DNA of 64,000 bases from Candidatus Woesearchaeota archaeon. GTDB lineage: Archaea > Nanobdellota > Nanobdellia > Woesearchaeales > WJIZ01. Positions 1 to 8,468 of the stretch are shown piece by piece. The stretch spans positions 10,584 to 74,583 of the forward strand of contig WJIZ01000041.1 of the NCBI GenBank assembly GCA_014729995.1. The letters run 5' to 3'. Within the stretch, counting starts at the first letter, position 1; every line of letters starts with the position of its first letter. The notes beneath the pieces are model-generated. The model had not been told where the DNA came from. It saw only the letters and a list, made by a program, of their open reading frames with translations, and did no database searches. Made by a program: the position numbers and the translations under genes.

Positions 1-588
1 ACACTGGAAATACGCCCCCAGTTAAGGGCAAGGGTAAAGGATCGCGATAAGATCCAGGAAGCTTTGCTCGAGTTTGACGATTACCTCCTGGTTAAAGAGC
101 CGAGCATCTATGATCCAGATTATGGGGAATATGAGAATGCTGCAAAAACAGCACTGTTCATGCACGCCTGGATAGAAGAAAAAAGCGAGGAATCCCTTTT
201 GGAAGAATACAATATCAGGCCAGGCGAGATAAAATCCAAGCTGGACATAGCAGACTGGCTTATATACTGCATGGAAGAAATAGTAAGAATCCTCCAGTTC
301 AGGCAGCTAAGTCCGGAATTAAGAAAATTAAGGGCCAGAATTAAAAACGGTGTAAAAGAGGAGCTTCTTCCTTTGCTTAAGTTCAGGGGCATAGGCAGGG
401 CAAGGGCGAGAAAGCTGTTTAGGAACAGCATAAGGGATGTTAAGGCAGTAAAGGAATCAGACCTGATGAAATTGTCGCAGATTTTAGGCAAAAATATAGC
501 CATAAGCATAAAGAAGCAGTTAGGCCAGGAAGTAAAAGAGATAAAGCAAAATAAAAGAAAAGGCCAGATTAGTCTGAGAGATTATTAA
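1..588 (+). CDS. hel308: Hel308/Ski2-like DNA helicase, C-terminal ratchet and helix-hairpin-helix domains (5' truncated by window edge)
   Basis: Frame 1 is open from nt 1. The motifs AAKTALFMHAWIEE..YNIRPGE and the HhH LKFRGIGRARARKLF match Hel308 domains 4-5. Confidence 0.6.
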   Translation, partial: TLEIRPQLRARVKDRDKIQEALLEFDDYLLVKEPSIYDPDYGEYENAAKTALFMHAWIEEKSEESLLEEYNIRPGEIKSKLDIADWLIYCMEEIVRILQFRQLSPELRKLRARIKNGVKEELLPLLKFRGIGRARARKLFRNSIRDVKAVKESDLMKLSQILGKNIAISIKKQLGQEVKEIKQNKRKGQISLRDY

Positions 589-602
589 AACAGTGGTTCG
601 GA

Positions 603-1094
603 ATGAATAATTTGCTCATAGCAGTAATGTACCAAAACAGGAAATCATTGGATGCTGCTATCAATATTCTGGAACAGCATTTTGGCCCAATAAAAGCCAA
701 ATCCAAGGAATACAACTTCAACTTCACAAATTACTACGAAAAAGAATTCGGAAAATCCCTTAAAAAAACCATCCTAATCTTTGAAAAAACAATAGAAAAA
801 TCAGATTTGCCTGAAATAAGGGAAAAGACAGGGGAAATCGAACAGCAGTTAAGCATGCACAGCAAAAGGACAGTAAACATAGACCCTGGCAGTATATCCG
901 GCAGTGAGTTGGTTTTGGCAACAAAAAAAGCAAAGCCGTGGAAAGAACATCTGGGAAAAGGCATCTATGCTCACAAAATTTTAGAGTTTAAATACGGAAA
1001 TATAACTGCCTTTAAAAACACATTTGCAGATTACAAGACAAAACAGAACATAGATTTCTTTAGGAAAGTAATAAATACAGCCAACAATTCTTAA
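603..1094 (+). CDS. DUF4416-family protein (unknown function)
   Basis: 163 aa. The motifs FGPI..S..Y.F..T.YY..EFG and VNIDPG..S...LVLAT.K are as in DUF4416. Confidence 0.45.
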   Translation: MNNLLIAVMYQNRKSLDAAINILEQHFGPIKAKSKEYNFNFTNYYEKEFGKSLKKTILIFEKTIEKSDLPEIREKTGEIEQQLSMHSKRTVNIDPGSISGSELVLATKKAKPWKEHLGKGIYAHKILEFKYGNITAFKNTFADYKTKQNIDFFRKVINTANNS

Positions 1095-1101
1095 TCCTAA
1101 A

Positions 1102-1207
1102 GCCCCTGTAGTATAGTGGATACTTGCAAAAGCCAAAACAGAATACCAGGTTGCGGTCCTGGAGGCCCGGGTTCGATAGCTAAAAGCCGAAAGTCCCGGC
1201 AGGGGCA
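1102..1207 (+). tRNA. intron-containing tRNA, probably tRNA-Arg(GCG), with predicted introns in the D-region and T-loop
   Basis: Acceptor GCCCCTG/CAGGGGC. The anticodon arm CCAGG-TTGCGGT-CCTGG is a perfect match. The T-stem CCGGG/CCCGG has a 23-nt loop (TTCGA..T plus a 16-nt insert). ATAC is duplicated around a ~21-nt insert after the D-arm. Confidence 0.55.
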
Positions 1208-1267
1208 TTTCTAAGCTTTATATCAGATTTTTCTAATCCAAAAATAAATAGCGGGCTTTCTTAGGAA

Positions 1268-1801
1268 TTATCTCAGTCCTGTAATCTTTATATCTGCCTT
1301 ACTCTCAACATATCTCCAGTCATCATAAACAGCATACCCGGAAAGCAGCTCTCCTTCCTTCTTTCCTGTAAATTTGCCCTCTGCCACTAATTTTCCGTCC
1401 AGATAAATCCTCTGGTTCTTTTCCTGCCTGTTAAAATTATAAATTACCTTGTGCGGCTTGCCGTCAATTAAATCCACCTCTTCAGAGCTTATCAAAGGCA
1501 GCCCTGCCTTGATCTTCCTTTCATTAACATCATAAGCTACCTTCAGGCCGGGAATCACTTCAGAATCAAGCCAGAGCAATAGGTCAGCAGTCTTATTATT
1601 CACTTTAAAGCTTGCAGCCGGGAAATTCAGCTCAAAAACAACCCCCGCTTTTTCAGTATTTGGGAAATCTGCTGACCTCGGGAAATAAATCACAACCCTC
1701 TCTTCCTTTACCGACAATCCGGTAATGCTGCTATCTATATATTGAAAAGCCAGGAAAACAGTAGCCACAACAACAATTCCAATCAGATATTTCTTAATCA
1801 T
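1268..1801 (-). CDS. hypothetical membrane-anchored/secreted protein
   Basis: N-terminal TM/signal segment. Its stop overlaps the start of the upstream gene (ATGA). Confidence 0.45.
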   Translation of the reverse strand: MIKKYLIGIVVVATVFLAFQYIDSSITGLSVKEERVVIYFPRSADFPNTEKAGVVFELNFPAASFKVNNKTADLLLWLDSEVIPGLKVAYDVNERKIKAGLPLISSEEVDLIDGKPHKVIYNFNRQEKNQRIYLDGKLVAEGKFTGKKEGELLSGYAVYDDWRYVESKADIKITGLR

Positions 1802-2355
1802 CTTCTAAAGAGCATCTTCTTTTTTCCTGAATAAAGCCCCATTGCCGACATCTGCTCATACTGCTCCCTTTCCAGGCAGAGATAAGTTATGATAAAACTG
1901 TACTTTTCCTTGAAATCATTGGCAACCTGCTTAATTCTGCTGGAATCTATATTCCTGCCTATTAATAAAATGTTCGCTTTTTTCTCCTCTTCCTTTCCAT
2001 AAAGGATGACCTGCTCAATATTGCCTATTTTACTTACAGCCCCCACGAAGCTGTCAATAATCCTTTTTCCCTGTTTCAGGAAAGTCTCAAGAAAAGAAAT
2101 ATTCTCATTGTTTGCACACTGGTACAGCCTAAACTTCCTTATCCTTATCTCTCTTATTATGTCCAGATTGGCAAGCTTTCTCACAATCCTGAAAGTGCTG
2201 GCAATAGGGACTGAAGCTTTCTTCGATATTTCCTGCAGGTAAAACTGCCTCTCCTTATTTACCAAAAACAACCGAATAATTCTCAGAATCTTGCTATCGA
2301 ATAAATTTTCCAGCAGCTGGCTGTTATTCTCCATTACCTCCTTTTCCAAAATCAT
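1798..2355 (-). CDS. winged-helix transcriptional-regulator-like protein
   Basis: N-terminal wHTH-like segment (ILRIIRLFLVNKERQFYLQEISKKASVPIASTFRIVRKL). Co-operonic with 1268..1801. Confidence 0.4.
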   Translation of the reverse strand: MILEKEVMENNSQLLENLFDSKILRIIRLFLVNKERQFYLQEISKKASVPIASTFRIVRKLANLDIIREIRIRKFRLYQCANNENISFLETFLKQGKRIIDSFVGAVSKIGNIEQVILYGKEEEKKANILLIGRNIDSSRIKQVANDFKEKYSFIITYLCLEREQYEQMSAMGLYSGKKKMLFRR

Positions 2356-2432
2356 ACATATTTAAAGTTTTCCATTTTTGAAAACAATTTCCATAAATGA
2401 AAAAATAAAGAAAAATTCAGATTAGTAAAGAA

Positions 2433-2510
2433 TAGCCCCGCCAGGATTCCCACATCAGAACCTTCGGTTCCGATACCTCCGAAATAAGCTTTCTCGCTTT
2501 GCTCGAAAGA
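2433..2510 (-). repeat. degenerate duplicate of the 3' half of the adjacent tRNA, with a 23-nt perfect direct repeat (aaagaatagccccgccaggattc at 2427-2449 and 2507-2529)
   Basis: The second copy of GAATCCTGGCGGGGCTATT lies 80 nt downstream of the tRNA 3' end. The upstream part resembles the 3' exon (ATTTCGG..ACCGAAGG) but lacks the 5' T-stem strand. Confidence 0.6.
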
Positions 2511-2511
2511 A

Positions 2512-2632
2512 TAGCCCCGCCAGGATTCGAACCTGGGTCCTCGGTCGTTTTCGGCAATAGCCACCAAAAACCGAAATGATTGGCCTGAAGAGCTTAATAG
2601 CTCATTTCGATTGACCGCTACACCACGGGGCT
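2512..2632 (-). tRNA. intron-containing tRNA (about 121 nt), possibly tRNA-Gln(UUG), with two predicted introns
   Basis: On the minus strand: acceptor AGCCCCG/CGGGGCT, D-arm GTG-TAGCGGTCAAT..CAT with a TCAAT duplication around a 31-nt insert, anticodon stem TCGGT/ACCGA around TTTTGG plus a 17-nt insert, T-arm CCAGG-TTCGAAT-CCTGG. Confidence 0.55.
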
Positions 2633-2666
2633 GAGGAGTATTCAGAAATCTGCTTTATATATAAAA

Positions 2667-3401
2667 CTATTCTTTCCAAAGCTTCAGCGCTTCCTCCTCT
2701 ATAAAATGCATTTTTCCCGGCATTACAATGCAATAAGGGGGGCTGCCAAGATCATGCCTGCCCAGCTCGCCAAGAGCAGCAGCCCTAATTACCCTATCGC
2801 TGCTGCCTATGCAGGCGCATCCGACAGCAGCAGCATCCTTGGAAATTCCGTTTCTGATAAGATATTCTGCTCCCTCATTTATGCTCATAAATTTTTTGCT
2901 TTTGGGGTCTAAATCCAATAAAAACAAAGTATGCAGCCCATTCTTTGAATTCATTTCATAAACTTCAACAGGCGCCCTGACATCCTTATTATGGAAAGGA
3001 ATGGAAGTAATCTTACCATACTTATATACTTCCAGCCCAATCTCACCAATAGCGGAAATGATGGAAGCATTGTGTATCATTTCCACTTTCACTCCCCTAT
3101 CTTTCGCCCGAAGATACAAGTCAATATGTGTTGTAGCGCACATAGGGTCTCCTATGACCATAAAAGCAACATTTTTTCCCTTGGCCTTCTCAATCATTTC
3201 ATCGCTTCCTTTCTCCACAAATTCTCTGTCAGCTATATTATGCTCTTTACCAGTCAATTTCTCTAAATCAATAGCATTGCACTGCAGCTTAGAAGTATAA
3301 TTTTCAAAATAAATAAATTCACATTTTTTTAAGGCTTCAAGGCCTCTAAGGCTGATATCTTTCTCATCAGCCAGCCCAAGCCCTATCATAAATAAGGCCA
3401 T
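2667..3401 (-). CDS. dph5: diphthine synthase (EF-2 diphthamide biosynthesis methyltransferase)
   Basis: MALFMIGLGL.DEKDI.LRGLEA, VAFMVIGDP and the tetrapyrrole-methylase fold. Archaeal/eukaryal marker. Confidence 0.9.
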   Translation of the reverse strand: MALFMIGLGLADEKDISLRGLEALKKCEFIYFENYTSKLQCNAIDLEKLTGKEHNIADREFVEKGSDEMIEKAKGKNVAFMVIGDPMCATTHIDLYLRAKDRGVKVEMIHNASIISAIGEIGLEVYKYGKITSIPFHNKDVRAPVEVYEMNSKNGLHTLFLLDLDPKSKKFMSINEGAEYLIRNGISKDAAAVGCACIGSSDRVIRAAALGELGRHDLGSPPYCIVMPGKMHFIEEEALKLWKE

Positions 3402-3573
3402 TTTAAGGAAAGAATCACACCATTTTATTTAAACCTAACTGAACAGGTTATCGTGCATAAATTCAAATATAGCTCAGCTTAAATAGAAACCTTTATATAT
3501 AAGTTAATCTAAATAAAATAACATTAGAACTTTTGGTTTTGGGGTTACTTTGGTCAAATAACCTTTATTCAAT

Positions 3574-3661
3574 CGTTTTTTTGGCGAAAAACGTTTTATA
3601 TGTTGTTTTTTTGGCGATAAACAACAAATAAACCCTAAATATCTGTTGGCGACCAGATAAA
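3574..3661. promoter_or_regulatory. three palindromic sites, each centred on TTGGCGA, 100-190 nt upstream of ftsZ
   Basis: CGTTTTT-TTGGCGAA-AAACG, GTTGTTT-TTTTGGCGAT-AAACAAC and ATCTG-TTGGCGAC-CAGAT. Confidence 0.45.
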
Positions 3662-3760
3662 TAAGCTGTTTCTAGAAGAAGTAATAAGCAATCTACTATT
3701 TAAAGATTGTTATTTTGGAGAATATATAATAAAGAATATACAAAAAACGGGGGAAACAAA

Positions 3761-4834
3761 ATGGATTTTATCGTTGAAAGCGCCTTAAAGAAATCGAATG
3801 AGCAGCAAGACACCAAAGCATCACCAAGGCAGGCCTGCATAAAGGTTTTCGGCTCTGGCGGGGCTGGCAATAATATGGTAGGATGGCTCTACCAGAAGGG
3901 CGTGAAAGGTGCTGAAATTATTGCCACAAATACAGACCAGCAGCATTTGAATATGATAGATGCTGACAGGAAGTTCCTTATAGGTCAGGATATCACCCGC
4001 GGTCTGGGCTGCGGCGGCTTTCCGGAAAAGGGCTACGAAGCAGCACAGGAAAGCATGCAGGAAATCAAGGAATGCCTGAAAGGGTCTGATATGGTGTTTG
4101 TCTGTGCAGGAATGGGCGGCGGCACAGGAACAGGCTCTGCTCCGGTAATAGCACAGGCAGCAAAAGATACAGGCGCTATAGTCATCGGCACAGTAACCAT
4201 GCCCTTTAACATAGAGAGGGCAAGGGTAGACAAGGCAGAATTCGGGCTTCATAAGCTCAGGCAGGTCGCAGACACCGTAATAGTTATTGATAATAACAAG
4301 CTTGTCAAGATAGCTGGCGATTTGCCCATAAAGCAGGCATTTGCCGTGGCAAACGAGCTCATTTCAACAATGCTAAAGGGCATAGTAGAAACAATAGCAG
4401 TTCCTTCATTGGTTAATTTAGATTATGCGGATGTAAAGGCAATAATGACCAACGGCGGCGTAGCCGCAATAGGAGTGGGAGCATCAGATACCAATAACAA
4501 AGTAGATGAAGCAGTAAAAGGCGCGTTATCAAACCCACTTCTGGATATAAGCTATAAGGGAGCTACAGGCGCATTGATACACATCTGCGGAGGCCCCGAT
4601 ATGACATTAGAGGAGATTAACAGGGCAGGCGAGCTGATAACAGACAGCCTGGACGATGAAGCAAACGTCATATGGGGAGCCAGGGTTGACGAGGAAATGA
4701 AAGGCAGGCTGACTGTCATGACAATTATTACAGGGGTAAAAAGCCCGTGGATACTTGGGAAAAGAAAAGAGGCCGAGCCTTCCCCTGAGATGGAGGAGCT
4801 CACAGAAGAGCTCGGGATACAGATAGTAAGATGA
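3761..4834 (+). CDS. ftsZ: cell division GTPase FtsZ
   Basis: Tubulin/FtsZ signature GGGTGTG, NTD..L and the T7 loop. GGGGG RBS 8 nt upstream of the ATG at 3761. The track ORF begins earlier at 3707. Confidence 0.9.
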   Translation: MDFIVESALKKSNEQQDTKASPRQACIKVFGSGGAGNNMVGWLYQKGVKGAEIIATNTDQQHLNMIDADRKFLIGQDITRGLGCGGFPEKGYEAAQESMQEIKECLKGSDMVFVCAGMGGGTGTGSAPVIAQAAKDTGAIVIGTVTMPFNIERARVDKAEFGLHKLRQVADTVIVIDNNKLVKIAGDLPIKQAFAVANELISTMLKGIVETIAVPSLVNLDYADVKAIMTNGGVAAIGVGASDTNNKVDEAVKGALSNPLLDISYKGATGALIHICGGPDMTLEEINRAGELITDSLDDEANVIWGARVDEEMKGRLTVMTIITGVKSPWILGKRKEAEPSPEMEELTEELGIQIVR

Positions 4835-4850
4835 TTTTCACATCTTCTAC

Positions 4851-4965
4851 GGCCTTCCTGACCCCCAACAAGTTTTCGGAAGGCCTATTTTTATTTTTCT
4901 TATTTCTCTCGCCTTCCTAAACCACCCCCAACAAGTTTTCGGAAGGCGATTTTTTATTTTTTTAC
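4851..4965 (+). terminator. tandem pair of near-identical hairpins (GGCCTTCC..GGAAGGCC and CGCCTTCC..GGAAGGCG), each followed by a T-run
   Basis: 8-bp GC stems with a conserved loop CCCCCAACAAGTTTTC, then T5-T7. They lie between convergent ftsZ and the nitroreductase gene. Confidence 0.5.
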
Positions 4966-5019
4966 TCAATCATTCGATAAGATTACAAATAAGTTAGACA
5001 CATACATTAAGAATACCTC

Positions 5020-5667
5020 TCACTTTTTCTGATTTTCTTTGCCCAGAATCTTATCAGCAACCTTCTTTATTGCATCGCCTGCTTGCTTTGTGGTCTTCAT
5101 CACATTCTCAGAATAATAGCCATATCCCGGAAGCTTCCTGGCGCCCCACCATTTCTCAATGTAAAGCACTGTCTTGATCCAGGGCTTTCTCTGCTTCTTG
5201 GGCTTTTCATCGGGAAACCCTATCGGAAGGATAGCATGTACGTCGACCTGCTCAGGCAGCCCCAAAACACCCCTTAACCTGTCTTCTTCAAAAGCGCCCA
5301 CCCAGCAGCTTCCTAATCCAAGGCTCTCCGCTGCTATTATCATGCTCATGGTGCAGGCCGCGGTATTCTGGATAGTGTATAATTTTTCCCCCCTTGTGCC
5401 GTAATACCTTTTCTGGTGCTCAGGCTCAGCAACAACAGCAATAACACAGGGCGCTTGAGAAATCCATTTTTGGTTGAAGCATGCCGTGGAAATTGCATCA
5501 ATGTTGTTTTTTTCCCTGACAACTATAAATTTTACATTGAAGATATTGCCTGCTGTGGGCGCATTCAGCGCAGCATTGACAATATTGACAATATTATCCC
5601 AGGGCACTTTTTTATCTTTAAATTTCCTTACAGATCTTCTGTTCAAAATAAAATCCATCGTGTGCAT
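5020..5667 (-). CDS. nitroreductase-family flavoprotein
   Basis: N-terminal LNRRSVRKF and the nitroreductase fold. Conserved C/W in SCWVGAF. Confidence 0.8.
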   Translation of the reverse strand: MHTMDFILNRRSVRKFKDKKVPWDNIVNIVNAALNAPTAGNIFNVKFIVVREKNNIDAISTACFNQKWISQAPCVIAVVAEPEHQKRYYGTRGEKLYTIQNTAACTMSMIIAAESLGLGSCWVGAFEEDRLRGVLGLPEQVDVHAILPIGFPDEKPKKQRKPWIKTVLYIEKWWGARKLPGYGYYSENVMKTTKQAGDAIKKVADKILGKENQKK

Positions 5668-5707
5668 AGTAAAGCATTTATATTATTACTCCTATTTAAG
5701 TTTTTGT

Positions 5708-7459
5708 ATGCAGTACAGCGATTTAGTTGGTGTTTATAATTCCCTTAGCTCCACCTCTAAAAGGCTGGAAAAAACCAGGATATTATCAGAGCTTTTGAAA
5801 AATTTAAAACCCGATGAAGTCACCAGCGTAATTCTTCTGCTTCAGGGAAGGATCTTTCCCTCCTGGGACGAAACAAAGCTTGGGATAGCCTCTAAATTGG
5901 TTGTAAAGGCAATCAGCAAGGCTACTGGCATTTCTCCGGCAAAGATAGGGCAGGACTGGAAAAAAACAGGCGATTTGGGCAAAACAGCGCAGAACATGGT
6001 AAAAAAGAAAACCCAATCAACACTCACAACTAACCAGCTTACAGTGGATAAGGTTTTCAAAAACCTAAAGAAACTGGCAGGCTTGGAAGGGATTGGCTCA
6101 ATAGACAGGAAAATCCAGCTCATAGCAGAGCTGCTGACATCTGCACAGCCGGAAAGCGCAAGGTACATAGTAAGGACACTGCTGCAGGATTTGAGAGTCG
6201 GAGTAGGCGAGGGCAGCTTAAGGGATGCCATAGTCTGGGCTTTTTTTTCAAAGCAGTGTGCAATAGGCATCAATGACGCTGAGCTTGAGATAGGAAATCG
6301 GGAAGAATACAATAAGCATGTCGGCGCAGTGCAGCAGGCCTACGACATCACTAATGATTTTGCCGTTGTGGCAGAGATAGCAAAGAAATCAGGCCTGGAA
6401 GGATTGTTGAACCAGGAGCTTTTAGTCGGAAAGCCCGTAAAAGTGATGCTCGCTTTGAAGGCCAATGATGCTGAAGAGGCGCTTGAAAGGGTGGGCATTC
6501 CTGCAGAAGCAGAATACAAGTTAGATGGATTCAGAATCCAGGTTCATAAAGACAAAAAATGCATAAGGCTCTTTACCCGCAGATTAGAGGATGTTTCAGC
6601 GCAATTTCCAGACATAGTAAAATATGTCAGGGAGCATATCAAGGGAAATTCATTTATTATTGATTCAGAAGCAGTAGGCTATTCCCCAAAAACAGGGAAG
6701 TATCTCCCGTTCCAGAGCATCTCCCAAAGAATAAAGCGCAAATACAACATAGAGGACATGGCACGGAAATTTCCCGTGGAGCTGAACATATTTGATATAT
6801 TATATTACGAAAAAAAGAATCTTCTGAAAGAGCCCTTCAGCAGCAGGAGAAAATTGCTGGAAAAAATTGTTCACGGGAAAGAGAAGCAGATAGTCCTGGT
6901 AAGGAAGCTGATAACAAAAGACCCGAAAGAAGTAAGGAAGTTCTTTAATGAATCCGTAAAAGCAGGCAACGAGGGATTAATGCTGAAAAACCTCAACTCC
7001 CCCTATAAGCCAGGCGCAAGGGTGGGCCACATGGTCAAGCTCAAAGCAACAATGGAAAACCTCGACTTAGTCATAATCGGGGCAGAATGGGGGGAAGGCA
7101 AAAGGGCAGAATGGCTTTCATCTTACAGGCTGGCGTGCAGGAACGAGGAAGGAAAATTGCTTCAAATCGGCAAGGTCTCCACAGGCCTGAAAGAAAAGGA
7201 AGAGCAGGGATTGACTTTCCGCAAGATGACCTCTTTGCTGAATCCCCTCGTTATTTCAGCAAAAGGCAGGGAAGTAAAGGTAAGGCCGGAAATCATAGTG
7301 GAAATAGCTTATGAGGAAATACAAAAGTCTCCGACTTATTCATCCGGTTTTGCGCTGAGGTTTCCGAGGATAATAAGATTAAGGACAGAAGAAAGAAGCG
7401 CCGAAGACATAACTGATTTGGATTATATCGAAGAGATCTACTACAGCCAAAAGAAATAA
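5708..7459 (+). CDS. lig: ATP-dependent DNA ligase
   Basis: Adenylation motif EYKLDGFRIQVHKD (KxDG), a conserved OB domain, and the archaeal N-terminus MQYSDLV. The start was chosen at 5708 rather than the track start 5474, which overlaps the antisense gene. Confidence 0.9.
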   Translation: MQYSDLVGVYNSLSSTSKRLEKTRILSELLKNLKPDEVTSVILLLQGRIFPSWDETKLGIASKLVVKAISKATGISPAKIGQDWKKTGDLGKTAQNMVKKKTQSTLTTNQLTVDKVFKNLKKLAGLEGIGSIDRKIQLIAELLTSAQPESARYIVRTLLQDLRVGVGEGSLRDAIVWAFFSKQCAIGINDAELEIGNREEYNKHVGAVQQAYDITNDFAVVAEIAKKSGLEGLLNQELLVGKPVKVMLALKANDAEEALERVGIPAEAEYKLDGFRIQVHKDKKCIRLFTRRLEDVSAQFPDIVKYVREHIKGNSFIIDSEAVGYSPKTGKYLPFQSISQRIKRKYNIEDMARKFPVELNIFDILYYEKKNLLKEPFSSRRKLLEKIVHGKEKQIVLVRKLITKDPKEVRKFFNESVKAGNEGLMLKNLNSPYKPGARVGHMVKLKATMENLDLVIIGAEWGEGKRAEWLSSYRLACRNEEGKLLQIGKVSTGLKEKEEQGLTFRKMTSLLNPLVISAKGREVKVRPEIIVEIAYEEIQKSPTYSSGFALRFPRIIRLRTEERSAEDITDLDYIEEIYYSQKK

Positions 7460-7484
7460 ATAAAGATAAAATTCACGATATAAA

Positions 7485-7835
7485 ATGGAAGAAAAAAGGC
7501 AGGATTTCAGCCAGCATTTCATCCAGCTGGTTATCGGCCTGCAGTCAACAGCATGGATGGCAATGGGCAAGCAGATGAATCCGCAAACAGGAAAACAGGA
7601 AGTTAACCTTGATCTGGCAAGAGACAGCATAGACACGTTGCTCATGCTCAGGGAGAAGACAAAAGGCAACCTGACCGAGACAGAAAAAGGCATTCTAGAA
7701 AATGCAATGCAGGATCTGGAGCTGAATTTTATTGAAACAAGCAAAAAGGAAGGGAAGCCAAAAGTGAAAAAACAAACAGAAGAAAAAGACAGCAAGAGAT
7801 ATGAAGCAGAAAAAAAGAAAACCGGCAAACAATAA
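7485..7835 (+). CDS. DUF1844-family small protein
   Basis: The pattern NP.TGK.E.NL.LA...ID.L.ML..KTKGNLT is as in DUF1844. Confidence 0.45.
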   Translation: MEEKRQDFSQHFIQLVIGLQSTAWMAMGKQMNPQTGKQEVNLDLARDSIDTLLMLREKTKGNLTETEKGILENAMQDLELNFIETSKKEGKPKVKKQTEEKDSKRYEAEKKKTGKQ

Positions 7836-7978
7836 CATTTTTAAATGCCCTGTAACTCCTAAAGTACATTAAATCGCATATTCGAGAGATGCGCTGGTAG
7901 CAATACTCGCGTATACTGGAGAACTTTATTTTTTACTTGTTCTCCTAATCAATTAAAAACAACTGAGGTAAGTATAAA

Positions 7979-8434
7979 ATGGCAAGAATGCACTCAGGGG
8001 CAAAGGGAAAGTCAGCTTCAAAAAAGCCGCATGATAAGACAGCTTACTCATGGCTGAGCTATAAGCCGAAAGAAGTTGAGCTATTGGTAATAAAGATGGC
8101 AAAGGAGGGCAAATCACCATCCCAGATAGGCCTCACTCTAAGGGATGCTTATGGTATTCCGGACATAAGAAAGCTTCTGAAAAAAAAGATATCATCTGTC
8201 TTGAAAAGCAAAAAGCTTCTTGCAGAGCTTCCCGAAGACCTGCTGAGCCTGATTAAAAAGGACGTTGCTATAAACAAGCACCTTGAGTCAAACAAGCAGG
8301 ATAAGGCTGCATTAAGAGGGAAACAGCTTACTGAATCGAAGATTAAGAGGCTTGCTAAATATTACAAAAAAACCGGAAGGCTGCCTGAAGACTGGAAATA
8401 CAATCCAAAGCAGGCAAAAATGTTCGTAGAATAA
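7979..8434 (+). CDS. rps15: 30S ribosomal protein S15 (archaeal uS15/S13e type)
   Basis: MARMHS..KGKS.S N-terminus and the S15 C-terminal domain. Strong SD upstream. Confidence 0.85.
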   Translation: MARMHSGAKGKSASKKPHDKTAYSWLSYKPKEVELLVIKMAKEGKSPSQIGLTLRDAYGIPDIRKLLKKKISSVLKSKKLLAELPEDLLSLIKKDVAINKHLESNKQDKAALRGKQLTESKIKRLAKYYKKTGRLPEDWKYNPKQAKMFVE

Positions 8435-8468
8435 GTTTTTATATAGTTCCTCATTTTAGTTAATCTTA

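Noticed and set aside
2352-2567. 71-aa ORF on the minus strand
   Set aside because: It is fully overlapped by the intron-containing tRNA and its duplicated 3' fragment.
5474-5707. 5' extension of the DNA ligase ORF (track start 5474)
   Set aside because: The extension is hydrophobic nonsense, antisense to the nitroreductase gene. The conserved ligase N-terminus begins at the ATG at 5708.
7836-7978. Possible small RNA upstream of rps15 (hairpins CGCAT..ATGCG and GGAGAAC..GTTCTCC)
   Set aside because: Too short and generic. It is more simply explained as promoter/5'-UTR structure of rps15.
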